Positions 29,881 to 40,672 of a DNA stretch of 64,000 bases are shown in pieces. The notes beneath the pieces were generated by a model that worked only from the letters and a program-made list of their open reading frames with translations, made no database searches and had not been told where the DNA came from. The translations under genes and the position numbers were made by a program. The stretch spans positions 384,001 to 448,000 of the forward strand of contig CAXXGJ010000006.1 in NCBI GenBank assembly GCA_963677895.2, given 5' to 3'. This DNA is from Treponemataceae bacterium (GTDB lineage Bacteria > Spirochaetota > Spirochaetia > Treponematales > Rectinemataceae). Numbering within the stretch: position 1 is the first letter of the stretch; each line of letters starts with the position of its first letter.

Positions 29881-30987
29881 ATGTTCGAATTTGTGCCCGA
29901 AGAGATCGAGGAAAAGAAGCGCCGAGTCAGAACCCTCCTCGAGAAGCTCGAGCTGGACGCGATCTACCTGAAGAAGAGCGCCAATTTTTCCTGGGCGACG
30001 GGAGGCGGCTACAATATCGTGGGCATGGCGACCGAAATCGGCATCGCCGGCATTCTCATCACCGCCAATCGGGAATATGTCGTCTGCAGCAATATCGAAG
30101 CGGCGCGGATGGAAAAGGAAGAGCGCCTCGTCGAACAGGGTTATGAAATAGTCAGTTTTCCCTGGAACGACGATCAGGAAGCGGCGATCGTCGGATCACT
30201 CGGGGGGCCAAGGCTCGGCGCCGACCACGGTCTGGCTGGCGCGACGGACATCTCGTCGAAGATACAGCCCCTCCGATATTCGCTGACTCCATGGGAGCTC
30301 GTCCGTTACCGGAAGCAGGCGCTCGACACGGCGCGCATCGCCGAGGAAACCGCCATAGGCATAAGGCCGGGCGAGGAGGAGAGGGCCGTGATCGGCAGAC
30401 TTTCCGAAAAACTGTGGAAGAGCGGAATGGATTTCATCATCGCTTTTTGCGCCGCCGACGACCGCATCGCCCGCTTTCGCCATCCCGTAGCCACGGACAG
30501 GAAGATCGACCGAAGGGCGATGATCAGCGTGAATTCCAGAAAACGCGGCCTGATCGTATCCATCACGCGTTTCGTGCAGTTCGGCAAGGTCCCCGCCGAT
30601 CTCAGGCGGTTGTATGAAGACAATGTCTACGTTGACTCCGTCATGATGGCCGCCACCCTGCCCGGACGCCCGGCCGCGGAAGTCTATGACGCGGCGCTTC
30701 GCGCCTACGCCGAAAAAGGCTATCCCGAGGAGTACAAGCTTCACCACCAGGGCGGTTCCATCGGCTATGCGGGCAGAGACTACAAAGTCACCGCCGCGAC
30801 GAAGGAAATCATACAGGAAAATCAGGCATTCACGTGGAATCCATCCATTACGGGAATGAAGAGCGAGGATACGATGCTCGCCACGGCCAAAGGTCCGGTT
30901 GTCCTGTCAGAACCCGCGCTTTTCCCCGTTCTGACGATGGAGAAAGACGGTTTCGCGTTCCGAAGACCAGGGATTCTGGAGTTGTAG
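29881..30987 (+). CDS. M24/creatinase-fold protein with degenerate metal site
   Basis: Creatinase-like N-domain (NFSWATGG); SITR, HHQGG, WNPS, KSEDT. Confidence 0.8.
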   Translation: MFEFVPEEIEEKKRRVRTLLEKLELDAIYLKKSANFSWATGGGYNIVGMATEIGIAGILITANREYVVCSNIEAARMEKEERLVEQGYEIVSFPWNDDQEAAIVGSLGGPRLGADHGLAGATDISSKIQPLRYSLTPWELVRYRKQALDTARIAEETAIGIRPGEEERAVIGRLSEKLWKSGMDFIIAFCAADDRIARFRHPVATDRKIDRRAMISVNSRKRGLIVSITRFVQFGKVPADLRRLYEDNVYVDSVMMAATLPGRPAAEVYDAALRAYAEKGYPEEYKLHHQGGSIGYAGRDYKVTAATKEIIQENQAFTWNPSITGMKSEDTMLATAKGPVVLSEPALFPVLTMEKDGFAFRRPGILEL

Positions 30988-31030
30988 GACGGGGAAACCG
31001 TCCTCCGAACCAATCAATAGGAGGCTTTCG

Positions 31031-32002
31031 ATGAAGATGAAGAGACTGGTGCTTCTCGTCTCCGCGTTCGTTCTTTTCGCTGCGCTCAATGTCGGGGCCC
31101 AGCAGAAGAAATTTCCCGAAAGGGAGCTCGAAGTCATGGTGCCCTGGGCCGCCGGCGGAGCGACCGACGTCATGGTGCGCATCTTCGCGCCCGTCATCCA
31201 GAAGTATTTGGGCGTTCCTCTCCTCGTCACCAACAAACCGGGCGGGGCGGCAGTTCCGGGCTACGTCGAGGCGATGACGAAGAAGAATGATGGCCACTAC
31301 CTCGTCGCCTGGGCGACTCCCTCCCTCACGGTCACCCATATGCAGAAAACGCCCTACGACGCCAACAGTTTTGAACCCGTCATCGACGTCGTCATGGCGC
31401 CGGTATGGTTCCTGGCTCCCGCCAATTCGCCCTACAACAACCTGAAGGATCTGGTCGAGGACGCGAAGAAGCGCCCCGGCATGGTCAACCTGGGCAACGC
31501 GGGCGCCGGCGGCGGCACCCATATGATAGCCCTGGCCTTCGAATCGGCCGTCGGCGTCAAGTTCAATCACGTTCCGCACGCGGGCGGCAACCCGGCGGTG
31601 ACGGCGGCGGTCGCCGGCCAGGTGGACGCGATCACCTGCGGGCCGCCCGAAGGCGTGCCCCAGCTCGCGGCTGGCCAGCTGAAGTGCCTCGGCATCTTCT
31701 CCGAAGCCCGTCTCAAGGAATTCCCCAACTACCCGACAGCCGTGGAATTGGGCTACGATTTCGCCATGGGCCAGTGGAGGGGAATCGCCGCGCTCAAGGG
31801 CACCGATCCCGCTAAGATCAAGATCCTGCACGATGGCTTCAAGGCGGCCATGGCCGACCCTGAGTTCATAAGGCTCGCGGCTCAGTCGGGTCTTCTTCTG
31901 GATTACCGCAATACCGAGGACTTCAGGAAGCTCATCCAGAAGGAAGACGCCTACTACGAGAAGGTCGTGAAAGACAACAAACTGGGCAGCAAGTACAAAT
32001 AA
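31031..32002 (+). CDS. Tripartite tricarboxylate transporter substrate-binding protein TctC
   Basis: Signal peptide; FPERELEVMVPWAAGGATD, NKPGG, DGH, HVPHAGG. Confidence 0.93.
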   Translation: MKMKRLVLLVSAFVLFAALNVGAQQKKFPERELEVMVPWAAGGATDVMVRIFAPVIQKYLGVPLLVTNKPGGAAVPGYVEAMTKKNDGHYLVAWATPSLTVTHMQKTPYDANSFEPVIDVVMAPVWFLAPANSPYNNLKDLVEDAKKRPGMVNLGNAGAGGGTHMIALAFESAVGVKFNHVPHAGGNPAVTAAVAGQVDAITCGPPEGVPQLAAGQLKCLGIFSEARLKEFPNYPTAVELGYDFAMGQWRGIAALKGTDPAKIKILHDGFKAAMADPEFIRLAAQSGLLLDYRNTEDFRKLIQKEDAYYEKVVKDNKLGSKYK

Positions 32003-32505
32003 TGGGCAAGATTGATGTCATATGCGGCCTCCTCGCGGGGGCCGTTTCCCTGCTTTTCTACATCGGAACGCTCTCCTTCCCGGACATGAGCATAGGCATC
32101 AACCCGAGAGCCTACCCCATCGTGATCATCGTCGCGGCCTTCGCGCTTTCGGTGCTTCTCATCGTTCAGGGGGCGATGAAGATGCGGAGGGAGAAGGCTT
32201 CCGAAAAGGGTTTGAGAGGTGAGGCCGAGGGAGCTGCAGAGATGGCCGCGGCGCGGACCCTGCCCAGGGGCAAGACCGCGTGGTATCTCGTCATTCTCGC
32301 CGTGGGTATGGTGCTCTATGCGCTGACCCTCGAAGGCTTGGGTTACGTCATCGTGACGCCTTTCCTCACCGCCCTGACGATGTATCTTTTCGGCGAGCGC
32401 AGACCGTTCAGGATCATCCTTGTGTCGGTCCTCGTCTCGATCGTCCTGTATTGGGTATTCCGGAGCGTCTTCCGCGTTCCTCTGCCCCGTTCGTTCATCT
32501 GGTGA
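32002..32505 (+). CDS. Tripartite tricarboxylate transporter small subunit TctB
   Basis: Four TM segments, NPRAYP, FRVPLP. Confidence 0.88.
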   Translation: MGKIDVICGLLAGAVSLLFYIGTLSFPDMSIGINPRAYPIVIIVAAFALSVLLIVQGAMKMRREKASEKGLRGEAEGAAEMAAARTLPRGKTAWYLVILAVGMVLYALTLEGLGYVIVTPFLTALTMYLFGERRPFRIILVSVLVSIVLYWVFRSVFRVPLPRSFIW

Positions 32506-32518
32506 GAGGAGGACAATC

Positions 32519-34001
32519 ATGACAGGAGTACTCGAGGCATTGGTGTACGTCCTCAGCCATATTCATTTTCTTATCGTCGGCGTAGGGGCGGGCATCATCG
32601 TGGGAGCGATTCCGGGGCTCTCGGGATCCACGGGCATCATTTTGATGCTTCCCTTCCTCATCTACATCGATCCATCGGCGGCCCTCATCATGATGAGCGG
32701 TCTCTTCTGCGGGTCTATGTTCGGCGGTTCCATCGCGGCCGTCCTCATCTCGACGCCGGGAACGCCCTCGGCCGCCGCGACCGTCCTGGACGGTTATCCG
32801 CTCGCGAAAAAAGGTCAGGCTGGCAAGGCCTTGGGTGTGGCTTTGGTCGCTTCCACGGCTGGGGGAATCATATCCACGCTCTGCCTCATCTTCCTCGCTC
32901 CGGAGCTGGCCAAGATCGCGCTGAAATTCGGACCCTCCGAATACTTCGCCCTCATGATCTTCGGCCTCACCATCATGGCGAGCGTGTCTTCGGCCTCGCT
33001 CACGAAAGGACTTCTTTCGGGCTTTTTCGGCCTCCTGTTGTCTATGGTCGGCCTCAACCCCACCCTGGGCACGGAGCGCTTCACTTTCGGCATCACCCGC
33101 CTTCTCACCGGTTTCTCCATGATGCCCGTGCTGATTGGTGTTTTCGCGATTTCCGAGGTTCTGGCCCAGCTGGAGCTTTTCAACGAAGGCAAGATCGTCA
33201 GGCTGTCCAAGAAGCACAAGATCGGGGAAATCATGCCGACGCGGAAGGAAATGAAGGGGCTCTGGAAGGTCATTCTCGGATCTTCGATTCTCGGGACTAT
33301 CATCGGGATAATTCCCGCGACGGGCGGCGCCATCGCTTCCTTCATGGCATACAATGAGGCCAAGCGCTTTTCGAAGGACCCGGACTCGATTCGGCAAAGG
33401 CAATCTGGCGGGAGTAGCGGCGCCTGAGTCGGCCAACAACGCCACGACGGGCGGGGCGATGATCCCGCTCATAACCATGGGCATTCCCGGCGATGTGGTG
33501 ACCTCCGTCATGCTGGGCGCTCTGATGATCATCGGCGTACAACCCGGTCCGCTGCTTTTCACGCAATCGCCGCAGATCGTCAACAATCTCTTCGTGGGTT
33601 TCATGCTCGCGCAGTTTCTCATGCTGGGCATGGGCTACCTGAGCATCCGCGCGTCGAACATGATTCTAAGGGTGCCGCTCGCCATACTCTATCCCATCAT
33701 CCTCTGTCTCTGTCTTTTGGGCGCCTACTCCCTGGGGAACAGCGCCTACGACGTCATGCTAGCGCTTATTTTCGGCGTCGTCGGTTACTTCATGAAGAAG
33801 TATGGCTTCTCGGCGCCGTCGGTTATCTTGGGGCTCATCCTGGGGCCGATCGCCGAGCAGGAGCTGGGCAGGGCGCTGATCATATCGCACGGCGACTGGA
33901 CGACGCTGTTCACGTCGCCTCTATCCATCATGTTCTATGTCTTTGCCGTCCTGTCGGTGGCATATTCGCTGGGGCTGTTCAGAAAGAAGAAGGTCGCGTG
34001 A
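32519..34001 (+). pseudogene. TctA, frameshifted (+1 near 33389; real lesion or sequencing error)
   Basis: GAIPG/TPGT/GPSEYF in the first frame and FGKG...APESANNA in the second; removing the A at 33389 restores SKDPDS-FGKG. Confidence 0.85.
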
Positions 34002-34052
34002 GGGGCGCGGGGCGATGAGCGCGTGGGATGAGAGCGGGGCGATGAGTAGTGT

Positions 34053-37006
34053 TTATAAGCGCGAGCCGAGCCGGGCGCCAGCGTCGGCCGGGGCTGAATC
34101 TGTCAGTTCCAGGAGTCCTTTCATATCGATTGAGCCGTCGTCGCGTGGCTCGGGCTTCATGCTTGTGTCGGGGCTGACGAATATGTCGGCGCTCAGGCTG
34201 CGGTCTTGGGAGTTGACGCTCTTCGCGCCGTTCCAGAAGTAATTGTCCGCCGACGCGAGCTCGGGCATTTCCCTGTAGAGATCACCCGCGCCTCCCGCCA
34301 TAGAGATGACGCCGCTCGCCCTGAAGAGCCGGGCGCCGTCGCCCTTCCCGTACAGGCTTATGTTCACGCCCTTGTTCCATAGGAAGTGCAGCGCTCCACG
34401 ATAATCGCCGGGTTGGAATTGCTGGTGATTCCGCTGGTGCCGTTGATCCAGGCCACGCTATTCCGCAGGATATGGGGCACGGCGATCCCGTCCCCGCCCA
34501 GCTTGAAACCGTTGCCGTCGCCATTGCCCGAGCCGTCGGAGAGGGAGCCGTTCCCCCAGGCCGCGCAGTCTTCGATAAGTACGGCGCCGATGGGTCCAGT
34601 CTCGATCTTGCTGAAGAGATCCCAGCCGTCGTCGATGTTGTGGTAGGCCAGGCAGCCCCTGAACACGTTGCCCTCGCCGACGGTGAGTTTGGCGGCGAAG
34701 CCGTCCGCGTTGTTGGCGGCCGGGTCGCTGTTGTCGTGCGAGACGCAGTTCTGGATCAGATTGTCCCGCGGCCACTTTTCGGCCGGTTCCGCGCTTGAGC
34801 CGCTGATCTGCAGGCCCGTATCGCCGCAGCCGTAGGTTCGCAGGTTCCTGACGATATTGTTGTTCCCGGCCACCTGGAGGCCTTTGACGTTATCCGGCGT
34901 GTTGCGGATATCGATGCCCTCGATGGTCCACCAATCGCCCGACAGCAGCATGCCGCCCGAACTCGAGTAGCTAAAATCGAAGATTGCCCGTTCTCCGGGC
35001 GCCGACATCAGGACCTTGCGCAGCGCCGCAGTCCCGTTGTTGCCGCGTTCGATCGTCACGGATTTGGGGGGATAGTAGACGCCTCCCATAAGGAGGATCG
35101 GCTGTCCGGGCTTCGCGTAATACAGGGCCGAGGTCAGATCCAGGGGCGATTCCATTGAGCCGTCTCCGAAAACCGAACCGTCGCGGGACACATAGAGCCC
35201 GTCGCCCTCGATCGTCCGGTAGATCACGGTATGGCTGAGGGAGATGGGCTCGGAGCTCTCCACGTATTTCCGAAGTTCCCTGTCGTAGCGCGCTATGGCC
35301 ATCTTTTCGCCGGGCCGGAACCCGGGATCGGGCGTGAAGGTGAGGAAGAAGTCGTTGATGCCCCAGGCGAGCTCGATGTCGGCGGTGAAATCCTCGAGCG
35401 CCGTGACGCGGGCACCGTCGATGACGAGGTTGCGGTCCTTGTCTTTCATGGTGAGTCGGCCGTCGGCGTTCGAAGTGAAAACGAAGGGATAGGATGGCGT
35501 CGTATACGAGGAGGGGGAGTCCACCATGGCGACGAGGGGGACGAGCTCTGGAGGCTCTTTTTGCGCCGGCGGATCCGTCCTGGGATCGGTGACGGTCATC
35601 GAGACATCGCTGACGGTTGCGTTGCAGCCCCTAGCCACCGAAAAGCCGACATACAGGTGGTCGGGATCGAGCTGGAGCAGCTTTTCGGGGCCGTACATGA
35701 TGTATTCGGTGACGGTTTCCTCCGTCGCGTAAGGTTTTTCGAGGATGGCATGGTAGCCGGTGTTGGTCTTCTTCAACGTTAGCGTGAAGCGGTCGCCGAC
35801 CCTCACGAGGTCGGAGCTGTCGTAGCTGTAGGCTCTCGACAGGCTCGTGCCGTTCCGCGCTATGCCCGCGTCGCCGGAGGCGATGATTTCCTTCGTCAGG
35901 CCCGAGACGAAGCGCGCCCCGAGGGTGTCCTTGCTCGTCTTTTTGACCCCGTCGATCGTCTCCTCGAACTTTGTGGCGATGATGCCGGCCGAGTTCGTGT
36001 AGTGGTTGGCCGAGCTGACGCCGTGGGCGCCCAGGCTGTCCAGGGCGAGGAGGCCGAAGCCTTCCTGGCCGTCGGCCGTGGGATTGATGTAGTCGATGGT
36101 GAAGGTGGCCTTGAGCTCGAAATTCTCGGTTTCGGGATCGATGACCGTATAATAGAAGGAAATTCCGTCGTGGAAGGCGGTGTACTTGCCGCCTTTCTGG
36201 TCGATCTGGAGGTCGGCCGGGTTGAAAGAGCAGGATTTGAGCCTGAAGACGAACTTGTCCGCGTCGATCATCTCCATGCTGTTCAGCTCGGCCTTGCTGG
36301 ATTGGCCGAACCAGGTGAAGAACCACTCCCTTTCCGCCTCGGCCTTGGCCAGCTTGAGGAGGGGTTTCGAGGGCGAAGTCTCCTTGCCCCGGATCGCCGA
36401 AACGGCGAAGGAGTAGCGTTGGCCCGGGATGAGGCCCGATACGGTCGCATTTAGCCGCGACGCGCCATCCGTCGGGGCGACGAGGCTTGTGTTTGGGCTC
36501 GAGCCGCCCGCCGCGTCCTCGCTCCAGGATACCAGGTAGCGCTCAGCTTCCAGAACAGGCTCCCAGCCGATGAGCATCATCCCCTTGCCCATGTTCCTTG
36601 CCTGGATTACGGGTTGCGCGAGGGGGAGGGAGAAGTCGAAGGATCTTGTATCGGAAACCTTCGTCTCCGCGACGCCGGTTCTCGACGCGACGATGGAAAA
36701 AAGATAGGTGCCGCTTTTGGGCGGCTTGAATTCGGCGGTTTTTATCTCCCTGGACGATCGGCCCAGCAGTTTCGTCTCGAGCTTGCCGCCGACGGCGTCC
36801 ATCATGGTCACCGCGGCCCGGTCGGCTCCCTTGGCGCCGATCTCCAGCCTGAAGGCGACGAGCAGGGTGTCGGGACGATCCGGCGCGAGGCTCAGCGAGA
36901 TGAATTCCGGCCCCGCGACCTTGTCCCAGGCTGGGCGAGTGTCCTGCGCCAGGCAGGGCATGGCCAAGGCGAGACAAGATAACAGGACCATCAACCCGTG
37001 TTTCAT
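34053..37006 (-). pseudogene. Secreted PL9 pectate lyase (PelX/exopolygalacturonate lyase-like), frameshifted near the C-terminus (~34375)
   Basis: Signal peptide, FN3-like segment, GGKY...DGISFYYT domain, PL9 motifs NADGFAAK, DDGWDLF, GNGFKLGG; adding one A restores TSYG-NKGVNISLYG. Confidence 0.85.
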
Positions 37007-37049
37007 GGGCGAGCCTTTCGGGACGAATCCGGCCATGGAGGGCTACGCT

Positions 37050-37562
37050 TTACTTGATGAAAATCTGGTAGATGTTGATTCCGCTACCCTTGGAGAACAG
37101 GACATACTCGCCGGCCGCGGGGAGGCTGGCCTTCGCGAGACCAGCGTTCTTTTCGTCGTCGGGGGGAGCCACAAGCTCGGCGACCACCGCTCCGTCGGCA
37201 AGCTTCGCCAGCACCAAGGTGCGGGCGTCGGTCTTGCTGGAACTGTTGGTATAGATGAGAACTTCGGTCGCGCCGGCGGCCGTGAAATGAATCGAGCGGT
37301 AATCGGCCGCGCCGCCGCCGTTCAGCTTGATCCGGTTGTTGAAGATTTCTCCGTCGGCCGCAACGCGGGGCGCCGACATGGCTTCGATGGTCACGCCCTT
37401 GTCGCTCTTGGCGAATATGGCGAAGCTGCCGAATGCCTTGGTCGCTGTAATCTGGGCGGCCTCGAGATCGTTCGCCGTGAAGAATTCCTCGGCGCCCAGC
37501 GTGGCTGCCGTGAACAGACCGGCCATAAGGCAGAACAACAAGAATCCTTTTTTCATGGTCAT
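37050..37562 (-). CDS. Secreted stand-alone carbohydrate-binding module (CBM77-like)
   Basis: Signal peptide; RIKLNGGG...RSIHFT...SSS...RTL...AGEY..FS.GSGINIY pattern resembles CBM77 as I recall it; AGGAGG RBS. Confidence 0.7.
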   Translation of the reverse strand: MTMKKGFLLFCLMAGLFTAATLGAEEFFTANDLEAAQITATKAFGSFAIFAKSDKGVTIEAMSAPRVAADGEIFNNRIKLNGGGAADYRSIHFTAAGATEVLIYTNSSSKTDARTLVLAKLADGAVVAELVAPPDDEKNAGLAKASLPAAGEYVLFSKGSGINIYQIFIK

Positions 37563-37696
37563 CGGTATGCCTCCTGAGAGTACCAGGCGCCCCGGCTTTG
37601 ACGGGGACTGCCCGCGGCGAAACCGCCTGCCTCAGTATACCTTCACTTTCTTACACAAAACAGGCGGATTTTTGGACAAAGGCGACATGATAAGCC

Positions 37697-38417
37697 TTAA
37701 CGTACTTCTTCCGGCTCCAGGGAGGCCGATTGCTTTGTCAGGGTGCGCCGGTAGCTCGCGTCGAGATGGCTGTGCATGGCGTTGAAGGATCGCTCGGGGT
37801 CGCGGGCGGCTATCGCTTCGTAGATGACTCTGTGTTCCTCGAAGGCGTGGCGGTGGTCTTCGCTCGTGCGCGGGGCGTCTTTGTAGGTCTTGACGATCGA
37901 ATCCATTATGATCGGTATAAGGCGGATGATGACGGGATTTTTGGTCGCCTCGGCGATGCTCCGATGGAAATTGAGTTCGACGTTTATTCCCACCTTGCGC
38001 TGATAGACGATTTCTTCCATGTCGCGGACGCAGGCGGCGATTTTCTCTATATCCTGGTCGTCGGCCGTTTGCGCGGCCAGCCGGGCCACCCCGGGCTCGA
38101 TGATGAGACGGGCCTGTATCAGGGCGAGGCGCAGATTGGGACTCATGATGAAATCAAGGCCTAGGGGGTCTTCGGCGATGCCGGGCATCTGTGAGACATA
38201 GGTGCCCTTGCCCCTGTGGATTTCGAGGACGCCCTGGGAAGCGAGCGTCTTGACCGCTTCGCGGATAGTCGGTCTCGAGACCGAAAAGAGGGAGCATAAG
38301 CTCCAGCTCATTCGGAAGCTTGTCGCCCGGCTTGAGCTTTTCGTTGAGGATGAGTTCCTTGATATGGGCGGCGACTTCCTGCGAACGTCGTTTTCCCGTA
38401 GACAGATTGGTGTACAT
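37697..38417 (-). pseudogene. FadR/GntR-family regulator, frameshifted (+1 near 38297)
   Basis: LKPGDKLPNELEL in one frame joins CSLFSVSRPTIREAVK...GKGTYV and the FCD domain (FH, N, EH, H) in another. Confidence 0.85.
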
Positions 38418-38541
38418 GATACCTCGTGCCCGGCCGAAACCTTGCGTAATCTGATGTCTTACCTTACTACGTCCGCGCCCTTGCCGCAAGATCGAGCATC
38501 GCGTCGCCCCTGGAGGGCGGCGCGTGGATCTCCGCGTCCGC

Positions 38542-40536
38542 TCAGCCCTGGTTGATCCATACGCGCATTTCGTTCCTGCCTCGATTGGCCCAGGCGTAAT
38601 AGGGAATCGCCTTTACCTTGATCGGCCTATAGTCGAAATCGGCTTCCCTATAGAGTTCGTCGCGCCAGCCGCCGTCACTGTCACTGCCGTCACCATTGCC
38701 GCCACCGCTGCAACTGCCGCCGCCGCGGAAAGCTTTTCCCTCGATACAGGTGACGCCGCCGAGCAGGCCCGGTTCGTAGCGGGTCTCGAAATCGGGTTCC
38801 CTGGCGAGCGTGATATCGGAGAGGAGGGGACCGTTGTCAGCTTCCTCGAGGCAGTAGACTTGGGGACCGCGCGTCAGCGCCACCTTGCCGGCGTCTTCGC
38901 GCACGAGCGGGTTGGCCCTTATGCGGCGCACGGACATCGGCAGGTTGAGCTCCACTCGGTCGCCGCGCTTCCACTCGCGGTCTATATTGAGATAGCCGTC
39001 CTCGATGACCATCGGCGCCGCGACGTTTTCGGCGCCCCCCGAAGCAAGGCGGACGATGGGGGACCTTCCGCCGCCGCACCAGCCCGGCACGCGAACCGAA
39101 AGCGTGAAGCGGACGGGCCTCTCCGGCGAAACGGCGATGGACATGCAGCCATCGCGCAGATAGTCGCCTTCCATCGTCACTTCGACAGGGACGCCGCCCA
39201 TCGCGACTTTCGCGCTCGAGGCGATGAAAAGCTGCGCCGCGAGCCGCCTTTCGTCCGCTGAATAGATATATCCGCCTAAAGAGGCTATGAGACGGGCCAG
39301 GTTGGGCGGGCAGCAGGCGCAGGGGAACCAGCCGCGCCGCGTCGCGCCCGAGTATTCGGTGTCCAGCCTCGCTTCAATTTCCTCCGGCACGGCCTCGAGA
39401 AGGTTCGTGTAGAAATAACTCTTGCCGTCCAGCGCGAGGCCGGAGAGAATCCCGTTGTAGAGGGCGCGCTCGGCCACGTCGAAATAATCGCCCTTCAGCT
39501 CGAGCCGGCTCATCCTGGCCGCCCAGAACATGAGCCCGATGGAGGCGCAGGTTTCGTTGTAGGGGGTGCCGTTCGGCAAGTCGTAATCGCGCGAAAAGCC
39601 TTCCCACCATTCCATCTGGCCGATGCCGCCCGTGACGAACATCTGCCGCCTCGTCACGTCTTTCCAAAGCGCCCCGCAAGCGTCCGCCAGCCCCTCGTCG
39701 CCGGAGAGGGCGGCCACGTCAGCCATGCCCGAGTACATGTAGACGGCCCGCACCGCGTGGCCTACCGCCGTTTTCTGTTCGCGCACGGGCAGATGCGACT
39801 GATTGTACTCGTACATCTTAGGACCGAAGGGACCCAGGTTGCCGGGCTCCCCGCGCGCGGCCGCCTCCAGCTCGTAGAAATGCGGCTTCCTGCCGCGCTC
39901 GTCCAGAAAATATTTCGCCAGGCGAAGATAGCCCTCCTCGCCCGTGACTTCGTACAGCTTCGCGAGCGCCATCTCGATCACCTGATGGCCGGGATAGCCG
40001 TGGAGCTGGCCAGGTTCGGGGCCGAACATCGCGTCGATATGGTCGGCGTTCCTTTTCATAATATCGAGGAAACGGCGCTTGCCGGTCGCGCGGAAGTAGG
40101 CGACGGCGGCTTCGATCAAGTGCCCCGCGATATAGAGCTCGTGGCTCTCGCGCTCGTTCGTCCAGCGTTCGCCCTTCTTCGCGAGGGTGAAATAAGTGTT
40201 GAGATAGCCGTCGGGCCACTGCGCCTCGCCTATCGTCTCGATCAGGTCGTCGGCCAGGGCTTCAAGACGCTGGTCCCGCTTCGTCGCCAGGCAGTAGGCG
40301 ACGGCCTCCAGCCATTTCGCCACATCGCTGTCCTGGAAACGCTTGCCGTAGAACTCGCCCGATTCCCTGCCCGCGGCGATCCGGAAGTTGGCGATCGCGT
40401 GGCTTTTGGCCACGCCGGGCACGCGGTCGTTCATGACCTCCCATTGATAGGGAACGATGACGTCGCGAACCAGCTCGATATACCGATTCCAGAAAGCGTC
40501 GGTGACCTTCACCGCTCCGACATCCAAAGGCTTCAT
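38542..40536 (-). CDS. GH127 beta-L-arabinofuranosidase (HypBA1-like), cytoplasmic
   Basis: FQDSDVAKW.EA, HELY.AGH, GHAVRA.Y, EGF..DYDLPN, YNETCAS, CACCPPN, IPYYAWANRG; no signal peptide. Confidence 0.93.
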   Translation of the reverse strand: MKPLDVGAVKVTDAFWNRYIELVRDVIVPYQWEVMNDRVPGVAKSHAIANFRIAAGRESGEFYGKRFQDSDVAKWLEAVAYCLATKRDQRLEALADDLIETIGEAQWPDGYLNTYFTLAKKGERWTNERESHELYIAGHLIEAAVAYFRATGKRRFLDIMKRNADHIDAMFGPEPGQLHGYPGHQVIEMALAKLYEVTGEEGYLRLAKYFLDERGRKPHFYELEAAARGEPGNLGPFGPKMYEYNQSHLPVREQKTAVGHAVRAVYMYSGMADVAALSGDEGLADACGALWKDVTRRQMFVTGGIGQMEWWEGFSRDYDLPNGTPYNETCASIGLMFWAARMSRLELKGDYFDVAERALYNGILSGLALDGKSYFYTNLLEAVPEEIEARLDTEYSGATRRGWFPCACCPPNLARLIASLGGYIYSADERRLAAQLFIASSAKVAMGGVPVEVTMEGDYLRDGCMSIAVSPERPVRFTLSVRVPGWCGGGRSPIVRLASGGAENVAAPMVIEDGYLNIDREWKRGDRVELNLPMSVRRIRANPLVREDAGKVALTRGPQVYCLEEADNGPLLSDITLAREPDFETRYEPGLLGGVTCIEGKAFRGGGSCSGGGNGDGSDSDGGWRDELYREADFDYRPIKVKAIPYYAWANRGRNEMRVWINQG

Positions 40537-40607
40537 GGGCGACCTCCGAATATATAATTACTGTGATATTCAGCTTTTACTATCTTTTTACGACAGCGAA
40601 AATCCGC

Positions 40608-40654
40608 TTGACACCGAATTTCGATGGGGTATTATGCATCTATTGATATATCAG
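40608..40654 (+). promoter_or_regulatory. Sigma70 promoter plus GntR-type operator
   Basis: TTGACA-N16-TATTAT, then TTGATATATCAG at 40643-40654. Confidence 0.7.
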
Positions 40655-40672
40655 ATTTCCCAAGGAGGCACA

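Noticed and set aside
34007..34046. 13-bp direct repeat GCGGGGCGATGAG, two copies, between convergent genes
   Set aside because: Only two short copies; not a CRISPR array and no element between them.
33380..38300. Programmed ribosomal frameshifting or phase variation
   Set aside because: No slippery heptamer or long simple repeat at any of the three sites.
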